A stretch of 64,000 nucleotides of DNA from contig JAHYIS010000004.1 in the NCBI GenBank assembly GCA_019429385.1, positions 7,597 through 71,596 of the forward strand. The letters are read 5' to 3'. The stretch comes from ANME-2 cluster archaeon (lineage in GTDB: Archaea > Halobacteriota > Methanosarcinia > Methanosarcinales > Methanocomedenaceae). Shown piece after piece: positions 51,282-61,615 of the stretch. Within the stretch, counting starts at the first letter, position 1, and every line of letters starts with the position of its first letter. The notes beneath the pieces are model-generated. The model was given only the letters and a program-made list of their open reading frames with translations, searched no databases and was not told where the DNA came from. The position numbers and the translations under genes were made by a program.

Positions 51282-52019
51282 ATGACAACCGAACGTAAGA
51301 CTATGGAAAGAGTACCTTCAGGTATTCAGGGCTATGACGAGATGATAAAGGGTGGTTATTTCAAAGGTACCGTCAACATCATATCAGGAGAATCCGGCAC
51401 CGGCAAAACAGTATTTGGCTCCCAGTTCCTGTACGAAGGTGTAAAGAAAGGCGAAAAATGTTTATGCATTGTTACTTCAGAGGCCTCAGAATCATTAAAA
51501 AGGGAAATGAACTCTTCATTTGGCTGGGATCTATGGGAACTCGAAAAATCAGGTTCGATCATTTTTGTTGATATAACTGACCCGGGATTAAGATTACAAA
51601 AAACTGTTGATATGGCACCGATGGAACTGATAAAAAGTTTTAAGAAACTTTTGTCCCGCAAAGTTGAAGAGGTCAAACCTGACAGGATATTTATTGATTC
51701 TATTGAAGCTCTGTTTTTGGCAATTGATTCACATTACAAGTTAAAAACGCTGGTGGACGACCTGTTCGGCGAGCTCAGGACATTTGATATCACAACCCTG
51801 GTCACGGTTGGGACAACCTTCGAAGTGGAGTCAATAGTGGAGTACGGTGCTGATTCAGTAACCCGTTTGGGCAGGGTTGTTTCAGGAAACAATCTTCAGC
51901 GTTCTATTTACGTGGCCAAGTTCCGCGGTTCAGGTACGATAAATGAGATTCGTGTCCTCAACATTTCTGATAATGGTATCAAAGTGCTTGACCAATCACC
52001 ATATACTTCAACGATGTAG
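51282..52019 (+). CDS. KaiC/RAD55-like RecA-family ATPase
   Basis: GESGTGKT Walker A, IFIDS Walker B, KFRGS. Confidence 0.9.
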   Translation: MTTERKTMERVPSGIQGYDEMIKGGYFKGTVNIISGESGTGKTVFGSQFLYEGVKKGEKCLCIVTSEASESLKREMNSSFGWDLWELEKSGSIIFVDITDPGLRLQKTVDMAPMELIKSFKKLLSRKVEEVKPDRIFIDSIEALFLAIDSHYKLKTLVDDLFGELRTFDITTLVTVGTTFEVESIVEYGADSVTRLGRVVSGNNLQRSIYVAKFRGSGTINEIRVLNISDNGIKVLDQSPYTSTM

Positions 52020-52206
52020 CATAAATTGATACTATTTATGGGAACCACATTAATTTGGTCCAAATTACAAATGTGGCATCCCATTTTTCATTAGTTTTAT
52101 ATAGAAATGAGAATGTATAAACAATTATATCTTTACAATTAAAAGAACCACATGGAGAAATCCGTAAATTCAGTGGTTTTTTCTTATTTGGATTAGAGGT
52201 GTTATA

Positions 52207-52521
52207 CTGAGTATTTACAAGAAAAATCAACCCGCTGAAGGTGAAGTCGTTAGAGTCAGGGTTCCCCGTAAGCAGGATAGAGAGATCCTGGGGACCGTTG
52301 AAAGCATGCTGGGGGCAAATAAAGTGCGTGTACGGTGCATGGACGGTGTAATGCGGCTTGGAAGGATACCTGGCAAGATGAAGAAACGGACATGGATTAG
52401 ACCGGGCGATATTATCATTGTTGTACCATGGGAGTTCCAGAATGAGAAAGCAGATGTGATGTGGAGATATACTGGTCCACAGGCTGATTGGCTGGAAAGA
52501 CGTGGATATCTGAAAGGATAA
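52207..52521 (+). CDS. eif1a: Translation initiation factor aIF-1A (inferred CTG start)
   Basis: VRVRVP....[39 protein letters not shown]; conserved N-terminus lies upstream of the track's ATG 52306. Confidence 0.9.
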   Translation: MSIYKKNQPAEGEVVRVRVPRKQDREILGTVESMLGANKVRVRCMDGVMRLGRIPGKMKKRTWIRPGDIIIVVPWEFQNEKADVMWRYTGPQADWLERRGYLKG

Positions 52522-52527
52522 TCCAAT

Positions 52528-53346
52528 ATGAAGGACTTTGACAGTGCGGTTTCTGAAAAAGTGTACAAAATTGATAAAAAAGTAGATGATTTTCGAAAAC
52601 GGATAAAAGATTCCGAGGATTTAAAACTTAAGGATGAGGTTTTCGATACTTCTACGCTTATGTCACTATATAAACTTTCATCCAGAGGTTATCTGGATGC
52701 GCTTGGGGGTACTATAAGTACAGGGAAAGAAGCGAATATTTTTCATGCGATTAGAATGCAGGACAATAAAGAGCAGGAACTTGCAATTAAGATATATCGC
52801 ATCAATAACAGCAATTTTAAAGCCATGCAGGATTATCTGATAGGTGATGTCAGGTTCAGGAACATAAGGCACACGAAAAAAGATATCGTTCTGGCCTGGA
52901 CCAGAAAGGAATTTCGTAACCTTACCCGGGCACTTGAGTGTGGCCTGAATGTACCAAAACCTATTATTACGGAACGTAATATACTAATTATGGAGTTCAA
53001 GGGAACAGATAATATTCCTTATCAACAGCTTCGTGAATTTCATTTAACGAAGGAACAAGCGACCCGTATCTGTAGTGAAGTGAGCGATTTCATGCGTCGG
53101 TTGTTTTGCGATGCACAACTGGTCCACAGCGATCTGAGTGAATATAATATCCTGCTTGAACCCGAATCTTTGACCCCGGTCTTCATTGACATGGGGCAGT
53201 CTGTAACTCTTGACCATCTCAATGCCAGGGATTTCCTATTGCGGGATATCACTAATATGGCTCACTTTTTTGCCAGGTATGGGGTTGAAATGGATGTGGA
53301 AAGTACCCTGGAAATGATTGTAAAGTCCAGGATAGACCATCAGTAA
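52528..53346 (+). CDS. rio1: RIO1 serine/threonine kinase
   Basis: STGKEANIF, AIKIY, LVHSDLSEYNIL, IDMGQSV. Confidence 0.94.
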   Translation: MKDFDSAVSEKVYKIDKKVDDFRKRIKDSEDLKLKDEVFDTSTLMSLYKLSSRGYLDALGGTISTGKEANIFHAIRMQDNKEQELAIKIYRINNSNFKAMQDYLIGDVRFRNIRHTKKDIVLAWTRKEFRNLTRALECGLNVPKPIITERNILIMEFKGTDNIPYQQLREFHLTKEQATRICSEVSDFMRRLFCDAQLVHSDLSEYNILLEPESLTPVFIDMGQSVTLDHLNARDFLLRDITNMAHFFARYGVEMDVESTLEMIVKSRIDHQ

Positions 53347-53366
53347 TATGTGCTATTAGTTATATT

Positions 53367-53927
53367 ATGGGGGAAGTTATGTTAGAGAATAAAATGACCA
53401 CTTATGTAAAGGTACCCATGGAAAGGATCGCTGTAATTATCGGACCCGATGGAAACACTAAAGCACTTATTGAGCAAAAATCCACTGCCACTCTAAAAAT
53501 TGATAGCCAGACTGGCAGCATTGAGATAACTGACCCGAGCGACCCAATACTGGCAATGAGGGCTGCGGAGGTTATCAAATCTATAGGGAGAGGTTTTAGC
53601 CCTGATAAAGTGCTCCGCCTTTTTGACGATGACATGCTTACTGTTGAGATAATGGACCTGAGCCATATAGCCACAACTGCCAAGGAATTGCAGCGCATAA
53701 AGGGGCGTATTATTGGTAAAGGTGGTAAATCAAGGGAGATATTCGAGAACCTGACAGGCTGCAAAATTTCAGTGATGGGTAAGACCGTGAGCATTCTCGG
53801 ACATCTGGACCAGATACTTGTAGCACGCACAGGTATCGAGATGCTGGTAAATGGCTCTCCTCATGGACCGGTATTCTCTTTTCTGGAAAAGAAACGCAGG
53901 GAATTAAAAGAAAACAGATGGGAATAG
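53367..53927 (+). CDS. KH-domain pre-rRNA processing protein (Dim2/Pno1-like)
   Basis: IIGPDG, IGRGFSP, RIKGRIIGKGG; follows aIF-1A and RIO1. Confidence 0.92.
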   Translation: MGEVMLENKMTTYVKVPMERIAVIIGPDGNTKALIEQKSTATLKIDSQTGSIEITDPSDPILAMRAAEVIKSIGRGFSPDKVLRLFDDDMLTVEIMDLSHIATTAKELQRIKGRIIGKGGKSREIFENLTGCKISVMGKTVSILGHLDQILVARTGIEMLVNGSPHGPVFSFLEKKRRELKENRWE

Positions 53928-53969
53928 TAATATTTTTAATTCTATTACCATCTGTACAATGCCGGTACT

Positions 53970-54914
53970 TTAAACCGGGAATACTAATTTTTCAACTGCC
54001 ACATATTTCAGTATGGTCAGTGCCGAATTTCCAGGATATATCAGGATTTTGTCTGCCCGATATGCATTAAGGATCACTCTGACCGAATAGCCACCATATC
54101 CTCCGAGAAGTTGATCGCTGTAATGATCTATCCAGGCCTTGAGTATCTTGGCTGCAACGGTTGATGGATTATCGTTCATAATTATATGCGACGGGGGATA
54201 CTCGGATTGCACAATCCATTTATACATGTCATCCACGTAAATTTCATTACCGGTTTCGTATAAGATGTAACTGTCAGTTGACAGGGCTTTTAGCGTGTCC
54301 ACATCAATGATTATCATCCGGTCCAGTCGACCATAATCATTCTCGGCTTTTTCAAAGAACTGTTTCCTATTCGATAATGCGCCAAGTTCAGTGATTTCAA
54401 TGATCTCGGATTGTCGTACATCTTTGTGGTAAACACTGGCTGCTTTTGGCACATCCTTGTATACTACTACGATGAGGTAATCCGTGTCATCCCTGAGATC
54501 CTCCATACCACTTGTCCAGGCATACAAACTTCCACCAATGACCAGTGCAATAATTAGAAAAACTGCAAGGAATGACCGTCTCATTTTTTTCACAAATTTA
54601 TTCGATTGTTTTTTCTCCACTTCTCTAATGATCACCACTTCCTTTTGCACTTCTTTTGGCGGGGTGGGTTCAGGTTTAGGTTTTGGTTTCAGCTTTGGAA
54701 TGAAACTCGATTTGGTTTTTGCTTCAGACTTCAGGTTTGGTTTATTTTCGGAAGTCGTTTCGGTCGTATCATACCCAGAAAAATCGTCTTCCAGATTACC
54801 TTCAGTATCAGGACTTGATTTCTTCGCACCTGACGTAAGTGGTTTTCTATCAGATCCAGACGTTCCAGGCATATCTTCGGCTGCCTGTAAAGTCTCTTCA
54901 TCCTTTTCGTTCAT
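53970..54914 (-). CDS. Hypothetical single-TM protein with disordered N-terminus
   Basis: Charged/Pro-rich N-terminus, one TM near aa 115-133. Confidence 0.7.
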   Translation of the reverse strand: MNEKDEETLQAAEDMPGTSGSDRKPLTSGAKKSSPDTEGNLEDDFSGYDTTETTSENKPNLKSEAKTKSSFIPKLKPKPKPEPTPPKEVQKEVVIIREVEKKQSNKFVKKMRRSFLAVFLIIALVIGGSLYAWTSGMEDLRDDTDYLIVVVYKDVPKAASVYHKDVRQSEIIEITELGALSNRKQFFEKAENDYGRLDRMIIIDVDTLKALSTDSYILYETGNEIYVDDMYKWIVQSEYPPSHIIMNDNPSTVAAKILKAWIDHYSDQLLGGYGGYSVRVILNAYRADKILIYPGNSALTILKYVAVEKLVFPV

Positions 54915-55110
54915 AATTATCCCTCATATTGACAATAGTATTTTTCAAATACAAATCAGTATATAGTTATCCTTTTTCATACTTTATCAAGTTTTCCTCA
55001 CTATAAAGAAACAAATACAAAGTAAGAATCTGCTCGCTCAGGTCGCTGTTACTTGAGTATATTTCGTATACTAAAGAATTTTTAATAATATATTTCACTA
55101 TAGATAGTAA

Positions 55111-55128
55111 CCCCCCTTTGTTTCCACT
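55111..55128 (-). promoter_or_regulatory. ORB-like (Orc1/Cdc6 origin recognition box) element
   Basis: Minus strand reads AGTGGAAACAAAGGGGGG, matching the core and G-string of the archaeal ORB consensus; AT-rich tract adjacent. Confidence 0.65.
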
Positions 55129-55214
55129 CCATGAAAAACAGTAGCAACAATACTTTCAGTCCGCTCTTTACCACAACATTCTTATGCACGTTTGACTTAA
55201 CCTATGGTTTGGAA

Positions 55215-57302
55215 ATGGCTGACAATTCATCAGAGATTACATGGGAAGAGTTCATAAAACGTTATTATTTTGAGCAGTTGCTTTCTTTGGCAGGAGAATA
55301 TCCTGAGCGAAAAAGCCTGATCATAGAATACCCGGATATAGAAAAATACAGTATTGAACTTGCCAGTGAATTGCTGGAAACTCCTGATAGTGTACTGCGG
55401 CACGCCAACAAGGCGCTGAACAATATTGACCTGCCTATGGATGTGACACTGGCTGATACCCATGTCAGGATAGTAAATCTCCCTGCTGATGTAGAGATTA
55501 GGCAGCTTAGAAGCGATAATATATCAAAATTAATAAGCATCAGTGGTATTATCAGGAAGGCCACAGAAGTAAGACCAAAACTTGTCATGGCAGCATTTGA
55601 ATGTCAAAAATGCGGGCATATTACTGAATTGCCCCAGAGCAGTACTAAGTTTTCAACACCTTTTGATTGTGACAATGAACAGTGTGGCAGGCAGGGTCCT
55701 TTCAAGTTGCTTGTTAAAGAATCTACCTTTATTGATGCCCAGAAACTCAGGATACAGGAATCTCCTGAAGACCTGAGAGGCGGTGAACAGCCCCAGACCC
55801 TTGATGTTGATATTGAGGATGACCTTGTAGGGCAGGTCGCTCCTGGTGACCGGGTGACCATATCCGGCATACTGCGAAGCTACCAGAGAGAGAAGGGTAT
55901 GGTAAAAAGTACCTTTTTTGACCTTGTACTGGATGGTCAGTCCATTGAACGGGAAGACCACGAGTTCGATGAGATAAAAATTACCCTGGAAGAAGAAAAG
56001 CAGATCGAAGAAATGGGAAATTCTCCTGATATCTTTGACCGGATAATTGCCTCCATTGCCCCCAGCATTTTTGGGTATGATGAAATTAAGGAGGCTATGG
56101 CGCTGCAATTGTTCAGCGGTGTGCCTAAACACCTGCCTGACGGGTCAAGAATTAGGGGAGATATCCACATGCTGCTGGTGGGAGACCCGGGTATTGCCAA
56201 GTCACAGCTGTTGCGTTATGCAATTAAGTTGTCACCACGGGGCATCTATACTTCAGGTAAGGGTACAACGTCTGCCGGTCTTACTGCCACTGCTGTCAAG
56301 GACGAGTTCGGGGACGGACGCTGGACACTTGAGGCCGGTGCCCTGGTATTGGCTGATAAGGGAATGGCTGCCGTGGATGAGATGGACAAGATGGCAAAGG
56401 AAGACAGGAGTGCACTGCATGAGGCTATGGAACAGCAGACCATCAGTATTGCAAAGGCCGGTGTCCTGGCAACCCTGAAGAGCAGGTGTGCCCTGCTGGG
56501 TGCGGCAAACCCAAAATTCGGTCGGTTCGACCGCTATGAGGGCATTGCTCAACAGATCAACCTGCCCCCTGCCCTGATATCCAGGTTTGACCTGATATTC
56601 ATACTAACAGATGAAACAAACACTCAGCGTGATACAAATATTGCGGAACATATTTTGAGGGGGCACTATGCCGGTGAGATTGATGCCCAGTACAAAAATG
56701 TGCAGTCTTCCAAAATCACATTGGAGCAGATAGAGACTGCTATGGAGGTAGTCCAGCCAGCCATCAAACCCGAGATGTTGCGTAAATATATTGCATATTC
56801 GAAGCGCCACATATTTCCTGTGCTGGAAGACGATTCACGCCAGATGATCATTGATTTTTACCTTAATCTCAGGAGCCAGGGAAGCGATACCAATTCACCG
56901 ATCCCGGTAACAGCAAGACAGCTTGAGGCCCTTGTGCGCCTTGCAGAGGGGTCAGCCAAAATGAGACTCAGTAATACGGTAACGACTTCTGACGTTAATC
57001 GGATAATCAGGATCGTTACTGAAAGTCTCAAACAGGTAATGACAGACCCCGAAACCGGGAAACTGGATTCCGATATGATCAACACAGGCATGGCAAAAAG
57101 CCAGCGTGACAAGGCCAAACTTATCAGGGATATCATCCGTGAAGTGCAGCAGGACCATGATGGTAAAGCACCTAAGAACGAAGTGATACAGCGTGCAGTG
57201 GAAGCGGGTATGGATGAGGATAAAGCTGAGGATTTTATAAAAAGACTTAAGCGTGAAGGGTCTATTTTTGAACCCAGTAATGGATTTTTGAAAACCACGT
57301 AA
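55215..57302 (+). CDS. mcm: Replicative helicase MCM
   Basis: Zn finger CQKC..C..C, GDPGIAKSQ, DEMDKM, SRFD, TARQLE; no intein; ATG 55215 preferred. Confidence 0.97.
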   Translation: MADNSSEITWEEFIKRYYFEQLLSLAGEYPERKSLIIEYPDIEKYSIELASELLETPDSVLRHANKALNNIDLPMDVTLADTHVRIVNLPADVEIRQLRSDNISKLISISGIIRKATEVRPKLVMAAFECQKCGHITELPQSSTKFSTPFDCDNEQCGRQGPFKLLVKESTFIDAQKLRIQESPEDLRGGEQPQTLDVDIEDDLVGQVAPGDRVTISGILRSYQREKGMVKSTFFDLVLDGQSIEREDHEFDEIKITLEEEKQIEEMGNSPDIFDRIIASIAPSIFGYDEIKEAMALQLFSGVPKHLPDGSRIRGDIHMLLVGDPGIAKSQLLRYAIKLSPRGIYTSGKGTTSAGLTATAVKDEFGDGRWTLEAGALVLADKGMAAVDEMDKMAKEDRSALHEAMEQQTISIAKAGVLATLKSRCALLGAANPKFGRFDRYEGIAQQINLPPALISRFDLIFILTDETNTQRDTNIAEHILRGHYAGEIDAQYKNVQSSKITLEQIETAMEVVQPAIKPEMLRKYIAYSKRHIFPVLEDDSRQMIIDFYLNLRSQGSDTNSPIPVTARQLEALVRLAEGSAKMRLSNTVTTSDVNRIIRIVTESLKQVMTDPETGKLDSDMINTGMAKSQRDKAKLIRDIIREVQQDHDGKAPKNEVIQRAVEAGMDEDKAEDFIKRLKREGSIFEPSNGFLKTT

Positions 57303-57342
57303 ATACCATTAACTTTAATAGTCAATGAGAAGTGCATAGACT

Positions 57343-57633
57343 ATGTACATCAAGATATACGAAACCGATGAATCTATACTGGTAACGGTATGTGATAGAG
57401 AACTCATCGGCAAGACCCTGAAAGGAAATGGTCTGAAACTGGAAATCGACGAAGAATTTTATAAGGGTGAACTGGCAGATGCTGCACAGGTAAAAACAGC
57501 ACTGCTGGATGCCACGACCGCAAATATTGTAGGCGAGCGTAGTATTGATATTGCCATAAAATGCAGGGCTATAGATAAATCATGTCTGATTTACATTGAT
57601 GGTGTACCTCACGCCCAGATGTTCTGTGTGTGA
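57343..57633 (+). CDS. DUF424 family protein
   Basis: VCDRELIGK, FYKG, ANIVG, IDGVPHAQ. Confidence 0.88.
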   Translation: MYIKIYETDESILVTVCDRELIGKTLKGNGLKLEIDEEFYKGELADAAQVKTALLDATTANIVGERSIDIAIKCRAIDKSCLIYIDGVPHAQMFCV

Positions 57634-57719
57634 AACTAAGATTTTGGGGAGCATTTATAAATATATTTGTTATTCCGGATTATTTGATTATTTGATTATT
57701 TCCATAGGAGAAATCCATC

Positions 57720-58394
57720 ATGACAGAGATAGAAAACCAGGCAGAATATCATCCTGTATCAATATTGAGCGATGTAGAATTGCATTCTGTTGTAATTAAT
57801 AAACACAAGAAGTTCTTGCAGGATTTTACTGAAGAACTGGATCGTCTGGATGAACCAGTAAACAGTAAAAGGACAGAATACCAGCGTATCAATAATGAAC
57901 TGGAAGCACTTGAGACACGAATTGTTGTGCTCAGAGAAAAACGTCATCAACTTTATCACCAGGCAACAAAATTACGTTTAAAACTTTTGAGTGGTGTTGA
58001 TACAAACGAACACTTACTGCATAGAGAAAAAGAGATAAGTGATATAGATAACAGATTGCAGAATGCCAGTATGTCTTCAAGCGAAGAGTTGGCATGCATC
58101 GACAGGATAGGTGCACTGGTAAATGAAATGATGCAGGGTTTACCTGAACTGAATGATGTGCAGCGTGGAGATTTTTTATCAATTCTGGATGTTCTCAAGA
58201 CCGCTGAATCTGCACGAAAAGAACTGGACATTATGGTAGATGCTCCAGCAAAGCACAAATCAGAATCCGCTTCAATAAAGGAAGATTTCGAAGAGATGGA
58301 ATCAAGGCAAAGATGGTTAAAACTCAGGATCGAACTTCATAATGATGCTCTTGAGTACTGGGAAAAGACCTTGGCAGGGGGAGAACAAAAATGA
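57720..58394 (+). CDS. Coiled-coil protein
   Basis: Heptad-rich; EKRHQLYHQA; overlaps the next gene. Confidence 0.75.
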   Translation: MTEIENQAEYHPVSILSDVELHSVVINKHKKFLQDFTEELDRLDEPVNSKRTEYQRINNELEALETRIVVLREKRHQLYHQATKLRLKLLSGVDTNEHLLHREKEISDIDNRLQNASMSSSEELACIDRIGALVNEMMQGLPELNDVQRGDFLSILDVLKTAESARKELDIMVDAPAKHKSESASIKEDFEEMESRQRWLKLRIELHNDALEYWEKTLAGGEQK

Positions 58395-59317
58395 ATGATG
58401 TCGTGGCTATGTCTGAAAATGAATTGAAGAACATAATCAATGTGCTCAATCAGCAGGTGGAACACAAGGAACAGGATATCAAGGATCTCTACCAGGAAAT
58501 GAAACTGCATAACAAGGGGGCAAATGAACTCAGGAAAAAACGTGACGAACTTAACCAACAGGTTAAAGAACTGAAAGAATCTGCTACTGAATTAAGGACC
58601 AGACGCGATGAGGTCAATAAGAAGATTGCTGAACTGAAAAAACAACGGGATGATATCAGGAGCAACAGTGATGGTTATACTGATAAAATAAGTGAATTGA
58701 AAAAGATTCGTGATAACCTGAACAAAATAGCAAGGGGCAGGCTTGAATCCCTCACAGAGGCATACAGGACTGAGCTGGAAAAGTTCTCCACATCTGATAT
58801 ACCATTGGATTATGAGCAGTCGCTGATGAAGAGATTGAGTGAACTGGGAGACCGTCTTAAAGCCATACAGGAAGCAAACACTATCCATAATGAGATGGGG
58901 GGTATCTACGGAAAAGTGAGCAAATTCCATCAGGAGATTGACACATTCAATGCTTTGATCCACGACCTGGCAAGTGAGTCCCAGTCTTATCACGAAGATA
59001 TGCTGGATGCTTATAATAAAATGGACGAAATCAGGAAAAAATCAGACGAATATCACAGGCGTTTGCTTGAGATATACGAGTTTACTAATCCTATTAAAGA
59101 GAAGATCGATGCTGTTAAAAATTCAGTTTCCCAAACCCGGGATGAACTGGATGTATACCTGGACCAGATGAAAGAGATACAGCTTGTTAAGGACCAGAAA
59201 AATCTGGACGAAAAACGGGTGAATGCTAAAGATAAATTCCAGAAAAAGGGTAAACTGAGTTTGGAAGACTTGAGATTACTTCTGGAAAATGACGAAATAG
59301 AATTTGTGAAGAAGTGA
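58391..59317 (+). CDS. Archaeal coiled-coil protein (COG1340-like)
   Basis: KRDELN repeats, SQSYHEDM, KF.K.GKLSLEDL; stop TGA overlaps the IS end. Confidence 0.8.
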   Translation: MNDVVAMSENELKNIINVLNQQVEHKEQDIKDLYQEMKLHNKGANELRKKRDELNQQVKELKESATELRTRRDEVNKKIAELKKQRDDIRSNSDGYTDKISELKKIRDNLNKIARGRLESLTEAYRTELEKFSTSDIPLDYEQSLMKRLSELGDRLKAIQEANTIHNEMGGIYGKVSKFHQEIDTFNALIHDLASESQSYHEDMLDAYNKMDEIRKKSDEYHRRLLEIYEFTNPIKEKIDAVKNSVSQTRDELDVYLDQMKEIQLVKDQKNLDEKRVNAKDKFQKKGKLSLEDLRLLLENDEIEFVKK

Positions 59318-61103
59318 GCCTGTGGCAAACCTACTGATATTCCATATTTTCTAATTCCAAATGCCATGATAACTTATATTATTAATTAATTTAATAAATC
59401 AAAGTTTTATTGAAATTAAATTAAAATAATAATGGTTATGCTTTATTAAAGTAATATTAGTGTTGCAAAACAAAAACCACATCTAATTGGGGCATAACCA
59501 TGATTAAGATTGTAGGCAAGGGATATAAATATTTCATCAAACAATTTGATGATTTTTTAGGTGTAAACAGTCTGAGTGTAATAAGTCTCAAGAGTGTTGA
59601 TGGCCAAAAAAGATACAAAGAAATCTTTCATAAAACGCCTGACGAAAAACAGATTACAAAAAAAATCCGAAATCTTTCAATATTTTAGTCAAAGCTCTCG
59701 GACTTTACACGAAAAATAAGATCGATTAGAAAATGTCAGAAAATAGTATGTGGAAACCAAGAAATTGTATTCACAGATACCCACAAAATAAAAAAGAAAA
59801 ACAAACATGAAAGCTATGGCATCCATGTTTTTCAAACGAAGCTTACTGATTTCATAAATGGTACCTTATCATAGCTAAAAAGAAAAATCAGGATACCCTA
59901 TAAAACAAAACCACTTAGGGGGAATAATGAAAAATATATGGAAGGTGTATTACCTGAAATTCAGATATCAGCCTTCCAAACATATCCTACTTTTCATGGA
60001 TATTTGAATCACTTGTTTGCATTAAATCCCTCAATTGATGACTTCTTCATGAATATGCAGATAAATCATGGTTATAAGCCGCAGAATAATTTTGATTTCC
60101 TCAACTTCAATAATATTTTCAAGTTAGAAGTAGCAAGATGCAAGCTTGGATATACACATTTTAATTCCTGGATTAGAGAATTCAACCAAAATAAGTCGTT
60201 GAGAACAGAATTTGGAATACAAAGCCATTATCACCTTGATGTGCGTTCTTATCTTAGAAATCTGAATATCATCAGTTCATGCTTGAATGAATATGCAGAT
60301 CAATTAAAACAAGAATGTAGAGCCCTGAATCTTATTGGCGATAAAATATGGATCTGGGATAGAAGATTCTTTGAATGCAATAGCAATGGTGTCAAGTGTA
60401 AAGAAACTGGGAAGTTTTCTGATCCTGATGCTGGGCATTACGTAAAAAAAACTGGAAAATATAGTGTACTTACAGGAACTGGTTATACTGATACTTGTCT
60501 CGTTGATCGATTGTGGGGATTACCTGTATATTGGGATGCAGTAAGTGCCAATAAAAATGATAATACAATATTTCAAGATACAATCATTGAGAGTATGAAA
60601 TCAACAGACTTGAAGCTGATTTTTCTCATTGGTGATGCAGGACCTGATAGTCATGGATCAAATAAAGTTGTGAAGGATTACAAAATAATTCCTGTTATAG
60701 CCGCACGAAGAAATAATGTTGGTGATATAATAAAAACGGATGAAGGTAACTGTTTCAGAGGTGAATATATCCCTAGGAAATTCCATCCACTGCTTGGCAA
60801 ATTATACAATCTTAGGACTATTATTGAACGTAGAAATTCTTACGAAGTGGTAGGATATCATCGTTCTGAAATGCCAACGAGAGGAATAAATTGGGCAAAT
60901 TGTTTTGTTTCAATTTCTAACGTTACTTCTCTACTTACTGCGTTAACTGCCTATAAAGTTGGGAGATTTGACTTGATTAGATCTCCGAGTGCTTTTAGAA
61001 GGTTGTCAATCTAAACCAGCAAAATAAATTTTTTAGAGATTAAAGGGTTAATTGATTTTTATTTTGATTTTCAGGTGAATCTAACATGTTTGCCACAGGC
61101 TCA
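59315..61103 (+). mobile_element. Insertion sequence, about 1.79 kb (IS4/IS5-like DDE)
   Basis: Perfect 16-bp terminal inverted repeats TGAGCCTGTGGCAAAC (59315-59330) and GTTTGCCACAGGCTCA (61088-61103); AT-rich; no target duplication visible. Confidence 0.9.
59500..61014 (+). CDS. DDE transposase with two in-frame TAG codons (read-through or pseudogene)
   Basis: One frame from ATG 59500 to TAA 61014 with TAG at 59686 and 59872; WIWD, DPDAG, IGDAG, YNLRTIIERRN motifs. Confidence 0.75.
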
Positions 61104-61271
61104 ATTTAGTACTATTTCTGGTTGTTTTTGTCTCATTGATCTTTAACGTTATCAGAAAAACCTGAATTTTTGGCACACGAACAACATTATTATTTAATTC
61201 CGCCACTTCTGGACCGTTTAGATACCTTTATCATTGATTATTTAATACCTTCCCGGTATAAGGTGATTCTT

Positions 61272-61556
61272 TTGGGATGGTTGGATGAACGATTACCAGA
61301 AACACAGAAAGCTTTTGCTGGAATAAGAGAGACAATATTCAAAGACGGTGCACTGGATGTAAAAACCAAGGAACTTATCGCAATCGTGGCAGGGAATTTG
61401 ATGAGATGCGAGTCCTGTGTACGTATCCATTCAGAGCGGGCCAAGCAACACGGTGCAACCGAAGATGAGATCGCAGAGGCGATATCCACGGGTCTTTTCG
61501 TGGCAGCAGGGAGCCAGATTCACTGGACCAGAGCGCTCGATGACATTATGAAATGA
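61272..61556 (+). CDS. Carboxymuconolactone decarboxylase/AhpD family protein
   Basis: GALDVKTKELIAI...RCESCVRIH...GAT..EI.EA; AGGTGA RBS before TTG 61272. Confidence 0.88.
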   Translation: MGWLDERLPETQKAFAGIRETIFKDGALDVKTKELIAIVAGNLMRCESCVRIHSERAKQHGATEDEIAEAISTGLFVAAGSQIHWTRALDDIMK

Positions 61557-61615
61557 TATCCTGCATTAACCTGTCTTCGCAGTTGAGAGCAAATCTATTC
61601 TCAATAATACCTTTC

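Noticed and set aside
55131..55214. N-terminal extension of MCM
   Set aside because: Not MCM-like and abuts the ORB/promoter region; ATG 55215 preferred.
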